From Vicinamibacterales bacterium (lineage in GTDB: Bacteria; Acidobacteriota; Vicinamibacteria; Vicinamibacterales; UBA2999): 64,000 bases of DNA. Shown one piece after another: positions 28,561 to 38,020 of this stretch (the stretch's first letter is position 1; the number at the start of each line of letters is the position of its first letter). Where the stretch lies: positions 1,581-65,580 of the forward strand of contig JBBQSP010000016.1 of NCBI GenBank assembly GCA_038213735.1, given 5' to 3'. Under the pieces are notes generated by a model. The model had not been told where the DNA came from. It worked only from the letters and a program-made list of their open reading frames with translations, and ran no database searches. A program made the translations under genes and the position numbers.

Positions 28561-29124
28561 ATGATCGGGCGCCTCCTGACGGGCCTGGTGCTGGCCAGCT
28601 GCCTCGCCGGCTGCGGGGCTGGGGCTCCTCCCACCGCACCGTCCGCGTCGGTAACTCCGGTACAAACGGGCCCTCGGATCCTCCTCGCAGGCCAGTCGGG
28701 GGCGCTCTACCTTGCCGCACACATGCCCGACGCGCTCGACGATACGAACATCGACGGCAACATCGACTACTGGCTGCAGAGTCAGAGCTTCGCCGCACTC
28801 GCGCGCACCCCACAGGTCGTTGCGTTCGTCTGGTATCAGGGCTCCCGCGATGCGGGGCGTCTCTCGACCGACGACTACGCCGCGAAGCTGCGCCAGATCA
28901 TCGCCATGGTGCGCACCAGCCATCCGGACCTCCCCGTCCGCATCATCGAGATCGACGACTTCCCGATTCGAGCCGCGATCCGGGAGGCGCAGCGCCAGGT
29001 CGCTGCCGACCCGAACGTCCTGATGATCCCGACGGCGGGCCTCCCACGCGACCCGACGGGTCACTTCTTACCGGTGGGATATCAGGAAATACGGGAACGG
29101 ATCTATCGATCGTTGGGCCGCTGA
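28561..29124 (+). CDS. lipoprotein, sialate-O-acetylesterase-like (SASA/SGNH-type) small hydrolase
   Basis: The lipobox is MIGRLLTGLVLASCLAG|C (ATG 28561; an in-frame ATG at 28516 is an alternative). GQS, WYQGSRD and DPTGHF resemble the SASA-domain catalytic motifs. The upstream part of the track ORF is antisense to the sigma gene. Confidence 0.65.
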   Translation: MIGRLLTGLVLASCLAGCGAGAPPTAPSASVTPVQTGPRILLAGQSGALYLAAHMPDALDDTNIDGNIDYWLQSQSFAALARTPQVVAFVWYQGSRDAGRLSTDDYAAKLRQIIAMVRTSHPDLPVRIIEIDDFPIRAAIREAQRQVAADPNVLMIPTAGLPRDPTGHFLPVGYQEIRERIYRSLGR

Positions 29125-29137
29125 CACGGAGGACTTC

Positions 29138-30349
29138 ATGAGAGCTGGACTGGGGATGGTTATGGGTGCGGCCGTGCTGGGATGCACGGTCATTGCGGCA
29201 GGCACGGCCTGGACGGGTCTGGGCACGACGCGGGACGAGCGTTACGGCCGCGGTGTGGGACTCGCCGGCGACCTCAATGGCGACGGTATCGAGGAGTTCA
29301 TGGTGGGGGCGGTGGGCGCGAACAACTGGACGGGTCGCGTCCACGTCCACGACGGCGCCACCAAAGTCATCGTCGCCACGCTCATAGGCGAGGGCATCGG
29401 CTACCGGCTCGGTGGACGGCTCACGGGTGCAGGCGACTTCAACGGCGACGGCCAACCAGACGTGGCCATCGCGTCCGTGAAGTGGGGCGCCGACCAGCGC
29501 GGCAAGGCCTACGTGCTCTCGGGACCTGTCCCGTCACTTTCGGAGCCGCTTTTCTCGGTGACCGGCAGCGCTGGCGATTCACTGGGCGACGAGTTGAGTG
29601 GCGGCTTTGATTTCGATAGCGACGGCTTCGATGACATCCTGGTGAGCTCACCGTACAACGACGAAGGCGCCGCCGATGGCGGGAAAATTCAGGTCCTTGG
29701 CGGGCCCGACGGACGCGTGCTGTTCTCCAGGGCCGGCACCGAGGCCGGACGCTCGCTGGGAATCAGCGCCGGCATTGGTGACATCGACGGCGATGGCTCT
29801 CTTGACGTCATCGCCGGCTCGTTCTACTCCTCTGGCACTGGCAGGGTCACCGTCTACTCGGGTCTCACCGGCGGCGTCATCCTGACGAAAACCAGCCCCC
29901 AGAGCGGCGACCGCTTCGGCGTCGTGGTCAGCTCGGCCGGGGACTTCAACGGCGACGGCTTCGGCGACTTCGCCGTGGCGGCGCCGGGGTCGGGGAAGAC
30001 GTACCTGTACGCAGGCCCGAACGGCACGCTCCTCACCGTGAAGAACGACGCCGCAGAGGCCATGGCGTTCGTACGCGACGTGAACGGCGACGGTTACAGC
30101 GACCTTGCGGTGGGCGTGCCCAGCCACAAGGCGGCCGGGAAGGTCTTGGGTAGAATCACCGTGTATGGCGGCAACGCGCTCGGTTCAGGCGTGGTGCTCG
30201 CAACGCTAACGGGGCCTGGCAGCTACAGCAACTTTGGCTACTACCTGGCCGGCGGCACCGACTTGACAGCGAGCGGCTGGCCAGACCTGCTGGCGGGCGC
30301 GCCCGAGTTGAACCGCAAGGGGGCCGCGTACATCCTGTCGCTACCCTGA
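29138..30349 (+). CDS. FG-GAP repeat (integrin-alpha-like beta-propeller) protein, secreted
   Basis: Has repeated Ca-binding-like loops: GDLNGDGIEEF, GDFNGDGQPDV, FDFDSDGFDDI, GDIDGDGSLDV, GDFNGDGFGDF, DVNGDGYSDL. Confidence 0.88.
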   Translation: MRAGLGMVMGAAVLGCTVIAAGTAWTGLGTTRDERYGRGVGLAGDLNGDGIEEFMVGAVGANNWTGRVHVHDGATKVIVATLIGEGIGYRLGGRLTGAGDFNGDGQPDVAIASVKWGADQRGKAYVLSGPVPSLSEPLFSVTGSAGDSLGDELSGGFDFDSDGFDDILVSSPYNDEGAADGGKIQVLGGPDGRVLFSRAGTEAGRSLGISAGIGDIDGDGSLDVIAGSFYSSGTGRVTVYSGLTGGVILTKTSPQSGDRFGVVVSSAGDFNGDGFGDFAVAAPGSGKTYLYAGPNGTLLTVKNDAAEAMAFVRDVNGDGYSDLAVGVPSHKAAGKVLGRITVYGGNALGSGVVLATLTGPGSYSNFGYYLAGGTDLTASGWPDLLAGAPELNRKGAAYILSLP

Positions 30350-30441
30350 TTCTCAGACGCCTTCTACGGCTCCATTCGCATTCGCCGATTTGTTGCAGCT
30401 CCTCCTTCGGCGAGCTACCGCGTATGACTGCTGTGCATGCG

Positions 30442-32847
30442 CTATGCAAAGAGCGTCGCTCGATTGGCGAGCGGCGCTCGCCGCATCCTCACTCCCGTCG
30501 CATCAAACACCGCATTCGCCACCGCCGCCAGCATCGGCTTTACCACCGTCTCGCCCGCTCCGTAATGCTGCAGGTCAGGGCGATTCGGATTCGGGTCGCC
30601 GTTCACGATCACCACGTCAATCCGCTCCGGCGTGTCCTCGTGGCGCAGCGTCGGGCTGGTGTTCCAGTCCACGCTGGTCACCTTCTCGGCGTCGAACGTC
30701 ACCTCTTCATGCAGCGCGCGGCTGAGGCCGTAGAGGGTGCCGGCTTCGAGCACGCGAATTAGCCCCTCGGGGTTGATCACCAGGCCGCAGTCGTGGGCCA
30801 CGACGATGCGCTTGGCCCAGATGCGGCCGGTCTTCTTGTTGACCTCGACCTCGCAGATGGTGGCGACGACGGTTTGGCTGCGGTAGGCGTAGGCGATGCC
30901 GCGGCCGGTCAAGATGTCTTCCGACAAACCTAAAGGTTTGTCGCCACGCGCGGCTTCCGACAAACCTGAAGGTTTGTCGCCACGCACGTCGCCACTCTTC
31001 GGGGATGGACGCGAATCCCAGCCGAATTTCTCGGCCGCCGCCTTGATACACGCGATGGAGCGCGCGCGCTTGAAGCCGCTGTCGTCTTGCGTGCTGGCCT
31101 GCAGCATCCGCAGGCGGAACTCCACGGGATCGGTCTTGGCCTTGTGCGCGAGCTCGTCGATGAACGACTCGAGCGCGAACTGGACTTGCGGGCCGTCGGG
31201 ATCGCGCAGGTTGCCCAGGCGAAGAGGTGTCTCGAACGGCTGGGGCAACGGCACCACGCGCGTGGTGTTCTTGCGGTTGGGGATGGCGTACATGTCCGAC
31301 GGCAGTGACGCACGCCCGGGCGAGGGCGGTGACTTGCGCGTGCCCATCAACTGCGAGATCAGCACGGTCTCGTGCTCGTTGTAGCCGACGTGATTGTGAT
31401 CCGCCGAGCACGCGTCGTAGTGCAGCGCCACGACGTTACCGGCCGCGTCGAGGCCGCCGCGCATCTTGAAGCAATAGGCCGGACCCTTGGTGTCCCACGC
31501 AGTCTCTTCCTGCCGGCTCCACTGCACCCTCACCGGCCGCCCAATCTCGTTCGCGAGATACGCCGCCTCAAACCCCGCATCGTCAGCCGCGGTGCGGCCG
31601 TAGCCCTGCGGGCCCTCCATCCAGATCACCCGCACGCGGTCGCGCGGCATCTTCAGGAACTGCGCCACGCCGTTCCGCATGCCATACGACTTCATGTCGT
31701 TGGTGTAGATGGTCATCTGCCCGTTCGACGGATCCGCCATGGCATGCGCAGGACCAATCGAGGTGTGACCCTGGAACGGCACGTCGTAGTCGGCCTCGAC
31801 GATGGCCGCAGCGCCGGCGAGAGCGGAGTCAACGTTGCCAATCTCAGTCGGCTTGCCGGTGGATGACGGCGTCGCGGCCCGCATGTACTCGAACAGCTTG
31901 TCTGAAGTGGGGAACGGCGCGGTCGCCGGCTTCTTCCACTCCACCTTGAGCTGCCGCGCCGCGCGGATGGCGTTCTCCTCCCGCTCGCACACCACCGCGA
32001 CATAGTTGCCCTTGCTCACCACCTTGACGAACCCCGGAATGCCCGTCACGGACGCCTCGTCGATGCTGACCAGCGTGGCGCCCACGAACGGCGGCCGCAC
32101 GTTGCGCGCGTGGACCATGCCCGGCGCCTTCATGTCGACCGCCCACTTGAGTGAGCCATCTACTTTTGGCGGCACGTCATATCGCGGATGCGACTTGCCG
32201 ACGTTCTTCATCTCTTGCACCGGCTTCAACTTCGCAACGCCGGTGGTGGTGTCGGTGTTCTTGCCGGTGAGCGTGACGTTGAACCGCTTGCCGCCAACCA
32301 GGTCGCCATAGGTGAGGGAGCCGACACCAGTGGTGTTGTCTTCGGTCACCGAGATCACACCGTCGCTGACGCCCAGACGAGAGACGGGGACGCCAAGCTC
32401 CTTCGACGCCATCTCCAGCAACACGCGTCGCGCTTCGGCCGCGACCCGGCGCATGGGATAGCCGTCGGTCTGCAGCGCATCCGATCCACCCGATCCACCC
32501 TGATCGACAGTGTTGTGCGTGCTGCCCATCACGCAGCTCGTGTTGTCGTAGGCGAGGTCGAGCTCGTCCGCCATGATCTGCCGGAAGGCCGTGCCGGTGC
32601 CCTGGCCCAGGTCGGTCTTGCCGACAAAGAAAGTAGCGGTGTTGTCGGCGCGGATCACGATCCACGAGTCGAGTTGCAGGAAGTCGGGGTCGGGGTAGGG
32701 TCCAGCCGCCAATCCCGACGCTTGCGCGAGCAGTTGATCTGGCGCTAGCGAGAGGACGCCTCCCGACACGATCAAATATCCCGACGCCTTGAGAAACTCC
32801 CGGCGAGAGGCCTGCCGCGCCGAAGCCTTTTGGCGAAGGCGGGTCAT
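30442..32847 (-). CDS. molybdopterin-binding subunit of a xanthine-dehydrogenase-family oxidoreductase (IorB/aldehyde-oxidase-like), Tat-exported
   Basis: The ATG at 32847 (ATGA overlap with the 2Fe-2S subunit) gives MTRLRQKASARQASRREFLKASG (twin-Arg). Family blocks GRGIAYAY, EVEVNKKTGRIWAKRIV and HYGAGE are present. Confidence 0.88.
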   Translation of the reverse strand: MTRLRQKASARQASRREFLKASGYLIVSGGVLSLAPDQLLAQASGLAAGPYPDPDFLQLDSWIVIRADNTATFFVGKTDLGQGTGTAFRQIMADELDLAYDNTSCVMGSTHNTVDQGGSGGSDALQTDGYPMRRVAAEARRVLLEMASKELGVPVSRLGVSDGVISVTEDNTTGVGSLTYGDLVGGKRFNVTLTGKNTDTTTGVAKLKPVQEMKNVGKSHPRYDVPPKVDGSLKWAVDMKAPGMVHARNVRPPFVGATLVSIDEASVTGIPGFVKVVSKGNYVAVVCEREENAIRAARQLKVEWKKPATAPFPTSDKLFEYMRAATPSSTGKPTEIGNVDSALAGAAAIVEADYDVPFQGHTSIGPAHAMADPSNGQMTIYTNDMKSYGMRNGVAQFLKMPRDRVRVIWMEGPQGYGRTAADDAGFEAAYLANEIGRPVRVQWSRQEETAWDTKGPAYCFKMRGGLDAAGNVVALHYDACSADHNHVGYNEHETVLISQLMGTRKSPPSPGRASLPSDMYAIPNRKNTTRVVPLPQPFETPLRLGNLRDPDGPQVQFALESFIDELAHKAKTDPVEFRLRMLQASTQDDSGFKRARSIACIKAAAEKFGWDSRPSPKSGDVRGDKPSGLSEAARGDKPLGLSEDILTGRGIAYAYRSQTVVATICEVEVNKKTGRIWAKRIVVAHDCGLVINPEGLIRVLEAGTLYGLSRALHEEVTFDAEKVTSVDWNTSPTLRHEDTPERIDVVIVNGDPNPNRPDLQHYGAGETVVKPMLAAVANAVFDATGVRMRRAPLANRATLFA
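30918..30989 (-). repeat. in-frame 2 x 36-bp tandem duplication inside the Moco-subunit gene, each unit containing a 9-2-9 palindrome GACAAACCT-NN-AGGTTTGTC
   Basis: Units 30918-30953 and 30954-30989 are identical at 33 of 36 positions. They encode VRGDKPSGLSEA and ARGDKPLGLSED. They are conspicuously AT-richer than the surrounding coding sequence. Confidence 0.9.
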
Positions 32848-33308
32848 GCGAGCCTCCGCGCGGCGAGTTTGATGGCGGCGTTGACCCGGTAATACGTCAT
32901 GCAGCGGCACAGCGTGCCGTTCATGCCCTCGCGGATTTGCGCATCAGTGGGACTCGGCGTCTTGTCGAGCAGCGCCTTGGCGGTGAGGATCTGCCCGTTC
33001 TGGCAGAACCCGCACTGCGGCACCTGCTCGTCAATCCACGCCTGCTGCAGCGGATGGAGCTTGCCGTCCTGCGCCAGGCCCTCGAGCGTGGTGATCTCCT
33101 GGCCCGCCACCTGCGACACTGACCGAATGCACGAGCGCACTGCCTCTCCCTTGATCAGTACGGTGCACGCGCCGCACTGGCCCAGGCCGCAGCCGAACTT
33201 GGGGCCCGACAGGTCAAGGTCGTTTCTGAGGACATACAGCAGAGGTGTGGAAGGCTCGACGTCAACCGTGTGCGCCTTGCCGTTCACCCTCAGGGTGATG
33301 TTTGCCAT
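32844..33308 (-). CDS. (2Fe-2S)-binding small subunit of the Moco oxidoreductase
   Basis: Contains MANITLRVNGKAHTVDV..GPKFGCGLGQCGACTV..CGFCQNG..GTLCRCMTY. Start chosen at MANITL (33308). Confidence 0.92.
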   Translation of the reverse strand: MANITLRVNGKAHTVDVEPSTPLLYVLRNDLDLSGPKFGCGLGQCGACTVLIKGEAVRSCIRSVSQVAGQEITTLEGLAQDGKLHPLQQAWIDEQVPQCGFCQNGQILTAKALLDKTPSPTDAQIREGMNGTLCRCMTYYRVNAAIKLAARRLA

Positions 33309-33378
33309 GCGGGTCATCTTACCCACATCGCCGCTCCGGCGCTCGCCGGCAGACACGGTATGATTCGGCCGTCACCTG

Positions 33379-36027
33379 ATGTCCCTGGCAGCCGGTTCCC
33401 GCCTCGGTCCCTACGAGATCCTTTCCAGCCTCGGCAGCGGCGGAATGGGCGAGGTCTATCGTGCCCGCGACAGCCGGCTCGACCGCGACGTCGCCATCAA
33501 GATCCTGCCGCCGCACCTGGCTGCGGATCCGGGCGCGGTGGCGCGATTTGAACAGGAAGGCCGCGCCGTCGCCGCGCTGTCGCACCCGAACATCCTGGCC
33601 ATCCACGATGTCGGCCACCAGGACGGCGTCGCCTATGTGGTGACCGAGCTGCTCGACGGCGAAACGCTGCGCGACCGGCTCGCAACCGGGCGGCTGTCGT
33701 TGCGCAAGGCGATCGACTACGCGATGCACGTCGCCCAGGGACTGGCGGCGGCGCACGGCAAGGGCATCACGCACCGCGACATCAAGCCGGAGAATTTGTT
33801 CGTCACCGCCGACGCGGTCAAGATTCTCGACTTCGGCCTGGCCAAGGTGCAGGCGGCCACCGAGGAGACGCGCACCGCGAACCTGCCGACCGATCCCGGC
33901 ACCGTGCTCGGCACCGCCGGCTACCTGTCGCCCGAACAGGCCCAGGGCCGCACCGCCGACCACCGTTCCGACATCTTCTCCCTTGGCGCCGTGCTCTACG
34001 AGATGGCCACCGGCCTGCGCGCGTTCAAGGGAGATTCGGCGATCGACTCGCTGCACAAGGTGATCCACAGCGAGCCCACGCCGATCGACACCGCCGCGCC
34101 GGATGCGCCCGCGGAACTGCGCTGGGTGCTGACGAAGTGCCTGGCCAAGGATCCTGACGAACGCTATCAATCGACGCGTGACCTGGTGGTGGATTTGAAG
34201 AGCGTCATGCGCGCGCTTGATTCGTCGCCACGGATGAACGCGCTCACACCCCCGACGGCGGCGCTACCGAAACGCGGGCTGCCGATCACCACGGTCGCGG
34301 CCGTTCTGCTGGTCGCGGCAGCGGTGGCCGGCATTCTTTGGTGGCGAGGCGACGTCGGCGAGACCGTTGACATGACCGCAACCGGCGGACCGACGATTGA
34401 GCGGGTGACCAGCCTCGGCACCGTGATCAACGCCGTGATCTCGCCCGACGGCAAGTACGTCGTGTACGTCGTCTCTGAAAACGCCCGCCAGAGCCTGTGG
34501 CTTCGCCAGATCGCGACGGCCAGCACGCTCGAACTCGTGCCCCCGGCTTCGGTGGGGTATTGGGGCGCCAACTTCTCACCGGATGGCAGCGAGATTTACT
34601 ACGTCATGGTGTCGCCCGATCAACCCGATCGGGGGCTGTTCCGCATCGCCACGCTCGGCGGCTCATCCAAGCGGCTGCTCACGGGCATCGACAGCGTCCC
34701 GGTGTTCTCGCCCGATGGCCGCGAGATCGCCTACATGCGCGGTGCCTTCCCTGAGCCGGGCGCCAGCTCCCTGATGGTGGCCGGCATCGACGGCTCGAAC
34801 CCGCGCGCGCTGGCCACGCGGCGCGTGCCGGAGTCCTTCGTCCCCATCTTCTTCACCGCGCCGGCCTGGTCGCCCGATGGCGCGACGATCGTCTGTCCCA
34901 TGATCAGTCGCGCGCAGACGCCGGCCGTGGCCTCACTCGTCGCGGTCCGCGCCGCCGACGGCACCGAAGACGTGCGGTTTCCTCGCTACGAGTGGGCCGA
35001 CATCGGCCAGCCGGCGTGGGCGCCCGATGGCCAGGGTCTCTATGTCGTGGGCTCCGAGGTATCGGTAGGACCCCGGAGCAGCCAGCTCTGGTGGATCTCC
35101 GCCACCGAGCCGCGTCGGCGCCGCATCACCAACGACCTGATGGACTATCGCACCGTCAGCCTGTCGGCCGACGCGTCGATGATGATGGCGGTCGCGGCCG
35201 ACACGGCGTCGGCCGTCTGGACGATGCCGCTCGAGGCGGGGGAGGCGAAACGGCTTCCCGGCGGCGGCTACGATGGACTGTCGGGCCTGGCCGCGGCGCC
35301 CGGCGGTCGCATCCTGTTCCGGTCGGTTGAAGCCGGCCCGGCCAGTATCTGGACCATGAATGGGGATGGCTCGGCGCGCCGGCAGATCACGTTCGACAAG
35401 CCCACCTCGTTTCCCGCCGTCACACCGGACGGCCAGTCGATGGTGTTCCAGCGCCAGGACGAAGGGCTCTGGCTGAGCGACCTCGACGGCCAGAACGCGC
35501 GCGTCATTCCGAACACCGGCGCCGGCACTCGCCCCGAGGTGTCGCGTGACGGCAAGTCGGTGCTTTACACGGTGCTGACGACCGGCATCGAGCAGTTGTG
35601 GCAGGCTCCGCTCGACGGCAGCGCGCCACCCACGCAGGTATTGGGGGCGCGCGCGTGGCGGGCCGTGATGTCTCCCGACGGCACGCAGGTGGCGTTCTAC
35701 TACCAGGACACCCCGAAGTCGCCCTACGTGCTGGCGGTCATGCCGGTCGGCGGAGATCGGCCGACCCTCACCTTTGAAGTCGCGCCGAGCATCGCCTACG
35801 CTGACCTTCAATGGACCGTCGACGGCAAGGCGCTCCTGCACAATTCGAACGTCGACGACCGCGCCAACATTTGGCTACAGCCGCTGTCAGGTGGTCCACC
35901 ACGGCAGGTGACGCGCTTCGCCGACCAGGTCATCTTCGGATTCGACCGCTCGCTCGAGGGCGAGCACCTCATCATCGCGCGCGGCATGCTCAGCCGCGAC
36001 GCGGTGATCATCCGCAACTTCAAATAG
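33379..36027 (+). CDS. Ser/Thr protein kinase with C-terminal TolB-like/WD40-like beta-propeller domains
   Basis: Kinase motifs are LGSGGMGEVYRARD, VAIKIL, HRDIKPENLF, DFGLAK and GYLSPEQ. The TM segment is ITTVAAVLLVAAAVAGILWW. Repeated SPDG blocks follow (SPDGKYVVY, SPDGSEIYY, SPDGREIAY, SPDGATIV...). Confidence 0.92.
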   Translation: MSLAAGSRLGPYEILSSLGSGGMGEVYRARDSRLDRDVAIKILPPHLAADPGAVARFEQEGRAVAALSHPNILAIHDVGHQDGVAYVVTELLDGETLRDRLATGRLSLRKAIDYAMHVAQGLAAAHGKGITHRDIKPENLFVTADAVKILDFGLAKVQAATEETRTANLPTDPGTVLGTAGYLSPEQAQGRTADHRSDIFSLGAVLYEMATGLRAFKGDSAIDSLHKVIHSEPTPIDTAAPDAPAELRWVLTKCLAKDPDERYQSTRDLVVDLKSVMRALDSSPRMNALTPPTAALPKRGLPITTVAAVLLVAAAVAGILWWRGDVGETVDMTATGGPTIERVTSLGTVINAVISPDGKYVVYVVSENARQSLWLRQIATASTLELVPPASVGYWGANFSPDGSEIYYVMVSPDQPDRGLFRIATLGGSSKRLLTGIDSVPVFSPDGREIAYMRGAFPEPGASSLMVAGIDGSNPRALATRRVPESFVPIFFTAPAWSPDGATIVCPMISRAQTPAVASLVAVRAADGTEDVRFPRYEWADIGQPAWAPDGQGLYVVGSEVSVGPRSSQLWWISATEPRRRRITNDLMDYRTVSLSADASMMMAVAADTASAVWTMPLEAGEAKRLPGGGYDGLSGLAAAPGGRILFRSVEAGPASIWTMNGDGSARRQITFDKPTSFPAVTPDGQSMVFQRQDEGLWLSDLDGQNARVIPNTGAGTRPEVSRDGKSVLYTVLTTGIEQLWQAPLDGSAPPTQVLGARAWRAVMSPDGTQVAFYYQDTPKSPYVLAVMPVGGDRPTLTFEVAPSIAYADLQWTVDGKALLHNSNVDDRANIWLQPLSGGPPRQVTRFADQVIFGFDRSLEGEHLIIARGMLSRDAVIIRNFK

Positions 36028-36104
36028 GGCCGGCCCATCCGTTGCCGGCCGAAACTGCGGCATACTTCCACCGTAGACCCGTTCACATTTATCGAGGAGC
36101 TTCA

Positions 36105-36623
36105 ATGACCCGCGCGACTTCCATTCGACTGATGCCTGCCCTGGTGCTGATGGGCGTGATGAGCTTCACCGCCTCCCCCCAGGCCCAGGCCCCGGCGGCC
36201 CCTGCTGCCGCGACGCAGAAGCCGGCCCCGCCCGCTCCGCAGGAGCTGACCTATGAAATGGCCGTGCAGGTGATCGATGCCGCCGAAGCCGAGGCGCGCA
36301 AGAACAACTGGAACGTGACCATTGTCGTTACCGACGCGGTCGGTACCCCGGTGGTGCTGCGCCGCATCACCGGCGCCAGCCCGCGCTCGTACGACATCGC
36401 CATGCGCAAGGCCGCCACTGTGGTGGCCGCGAAAATGACGACGGCGGAGTACGGCGCGAAGATGAAGGAGAAGGCCGTGACGGAAGTGCCGAACGGCATC
36501 ACGTTCGCCGGCGGCGTGCCGATCATGCGCGGTGCGGAGTTCCTTGGTGCGGTGGGCACGAGCGGCGTGACCGCGGCGCAGGACGAGATCATCTCGAAGG
36601 CCGGCGCCGGCGTTATCAAATAA
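36105..36623 (+). CDS. GlcG/HbpS-like heme-binding protein (DUF336), secreted
   Basis: GAGGAG lies 6 nt upstream of the ATG at 36105. There is a signal peptide. The motif GGVPIMRGAEFLGAVGTSGVTAAQDEIISKAG is present. Confidence 0.85.
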   Translation: MTRATSIRLMPALVLMGVMSFTASPQAQAPAAPAAATQKPAPPAPQELTYEMAVQVIDAAEAEARKNNWNVTIVVTDAVGTPVVLRRITGASPRSYDIAMRKAATVVAAKMTTAEYGAKMKEKAVTEVPNGITFAGGVPIMRGAEFLGAVGTSGVTAAQDEIISKAGAGVIK

Positions 36624-36628
36624 CCAAA

Positions 36629-36682
36629 CAGCAGATCAGGAGGTCAGGAGAAATTACTTTCCTGATCTCTTGATCGCCTGTG
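36629..36682. terminator. hairpin built from tandem octamers, between convergent genes (octamer family, copy 3)
   Basis: CAGCAGATCAGGAGGTCAGGAG-(loop)-CCTGATCTCTTGATCGCCTGTG forms an imperfect stem. It lies between the stops at 36623 (+) and 36689 (-). Confidence 0.5.
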
Positions 36683-36688
36683 ATCGGT

Positions 36689-37126
36689 CTAGTGTTGCGG
36701 TGACAGCGGGTTCATCCAATCCAGGCCGGCGAATCGGCCGAAGTCCCCATCAGTCGAACAGAGCGTCAACCCGTGCTCAATGGCCAGCGCCGCGAGGTGC
36801 GCGTCGGGTACCAATCGCGAGGTCATGGACGAAGGCGCGCACAAGGCGCCGAAGATCTCGCCGTGGCGGGTGGTGGGATGCGGAATCCACGCGGGGCCGG
36901 CAGACAACCACTGCTGGGCCTGCTCCCATGCCTGCGCCACTGATACCGGGTGGCGCATCACCATGGGATTGCTGGCCAGCCGCACGAACGCCAGTAGCGA
37001 CGGCCACGGCAGACCCACCCTCGCGGTGCCGCTGAGGTGCGCGTCGAGCCACTCGCGCGCGGCGTGGTGTTCCGGCGCGGACCGGTTCGCGGCATACAGC
37101 AACAAGTTCGCGTCGACGAGAATCAC
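36689..37126 (-). CDS. vapC: PIN-domain toxin VapC
   Basis: Carries ILVDANLLLYA, LVPDAHLAALAIEHG and LCSTDGDF. The GTG start overlaps the antitoxin stop (GTGA at 37123-37126). Confidence 0.85.
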   Translation of the reverse strand: MILVDANLLLYAANRSAPEHHAAREWLDAHLSGTARVGLPWPSLLAFVRLASNPMVMRHPVSVAQAWEQAQQWLSAGPAWIPHPTTRHGEIFGALCAPSSMTSRLVPDAHLAALAIEHGLTLCSTDGDFGRFAGLDWMNPLSPQH

Positions 37127-37374
37127 CGGTGATCCTCGCCTTCGATGCGCGCCAGCACGCCGGTCACATCATCCAGGCTGCCAACCAGGCTCGGCCCAAG
37201 GTCGAATCCCCTCGTCTGAAACGCCATCGTCTCCACCGGCTTGTCGATCAGCGACAGGCCCGCTCGCAGGGCCTCGTTGACGACGGTCTTGAAGGGCAAG
37301 CGCCGTTTCTTCGCGGCCTGCTCCAGCCGGGCAGCCACATCCTTGTCCAGGGTCAGTGTCGTGCGCATGCCCAT
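37123..37374 (-). CDS. antitoxin (RHH/DUF2191-like) of the third vapBC pair
   Basis: Contains MGMRTTLTLDKDVAARLEQAAKKRRLPFKTVVNEALRAGL. The start is ambiguous between 37404, 37374 and 37368. Confidence 0.8.
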   Translation of the reverse strand: MGMRTTLTLDKDVAARLEQAAKKRRLPFKTVVNEALRAGLSLIDKPVETMAFQTRGFDLGPSLVGSLDDVTGVLARIEGEDHR

Positions 37375-37469
37375 GATGCTACGGTCATGATGCTTTGATG
37401 TCAAACAGATGATGACTAATCACCTCAGCCACAAGCCCGGCTTGGAACCCAATTTGCTCTCAAGCCGAC

Positions 37470-38009
37470 ATGGCCAACTTCGACGAGAAACACCCTGACC
37501 AGAAAGAGCAATTGATGGGCGATGAAGCCCTGAACAAGGTGCGCGAACTGCTCAAGCACTTCCGTAGCGCGATGCTCACCACGGTGACCGCCGGCGGCAC
37601 CATCAGCACCCGGCCCATGGGCGTGCAGGGCGACGCCGACAAGTTCGAAGGCACGCTGTGGTTCTTTACCGACGACCGCAGCCCCAAGGCCCAGCTCGTC
37701 AAGACCGGCGCGCACGCGGCGTTGGTGATGCAGAACGACGACCAGAGCGTCTACCTGCACTTCAGCGGCCGCGCCAGCGTGGAGCGCAACCTGCCCAAGA
37801 TGCAGGAGATCTACACGCCGCTAGTGCGCACCTGGTTTCCCGAGGGGCTCGAGGATCCCCACCTGGCGCTGATTCGCTTCGACGCCGACAAGGTCGATTA
37901 TTGGGAATCGCCCGGGGGTATGTTCCAGGTCCTGGGCGCGTTCACCAAGGCCGTCGCCACCGGCGAACCTGGCGCGGGCGGCCACGCCGGCGTCGCCAAC
38001 CTGCCGTAA
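37470..38009 (+). CDS. pyridoxamine-5'-phosphate-oxidase-like FMN-binding protein (general stress protein 26 type)
   Basis: Matches the usual pattern LLKHFRSAMLTTVTAGGTISTRPM..GTLWFFTDDRSPK. Confidence 0.8.
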   Translation: MANFDEKHPDQKEQLMGDEALNKVRELLKHFRSAMLTTVTAGGTISTRPMGVQGDADKFEGTLWFFTDDRSPKAQLVKTGAHAALVMQNDDQSVYLHFSGRASVERNLPKMQEIYTPLVRTWFPEGLEDPHLALIRFDADKVDYWESPGGMFQVLGAFTKAVATGEPGAGGHAGVANLP

Positions 38010-38020
38010 CGGAGCCATTC

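Noticed and set aside
27777-29141. 454-aa and 397-aa plus-strand ORFs spanning the ECF sigma gene and the lipoprotein gene
   Set aside because: The 5' halves are antisense to the sigma gene. Only the segment from 28516/28561 onward (frame of 27931..29124) gives a lipobox and esterase-like motifs.
30918-30989. RGD tripeptides in the duplicated VRGDKP/ARGDKP units as integrin-type adhesion motifs
   Set aside because: The host protein is a Tat-exported periplasmic or cytoplasmic-membrane redox enzyme subunit. The RGD is most simply a by-product of translating the palindrome.
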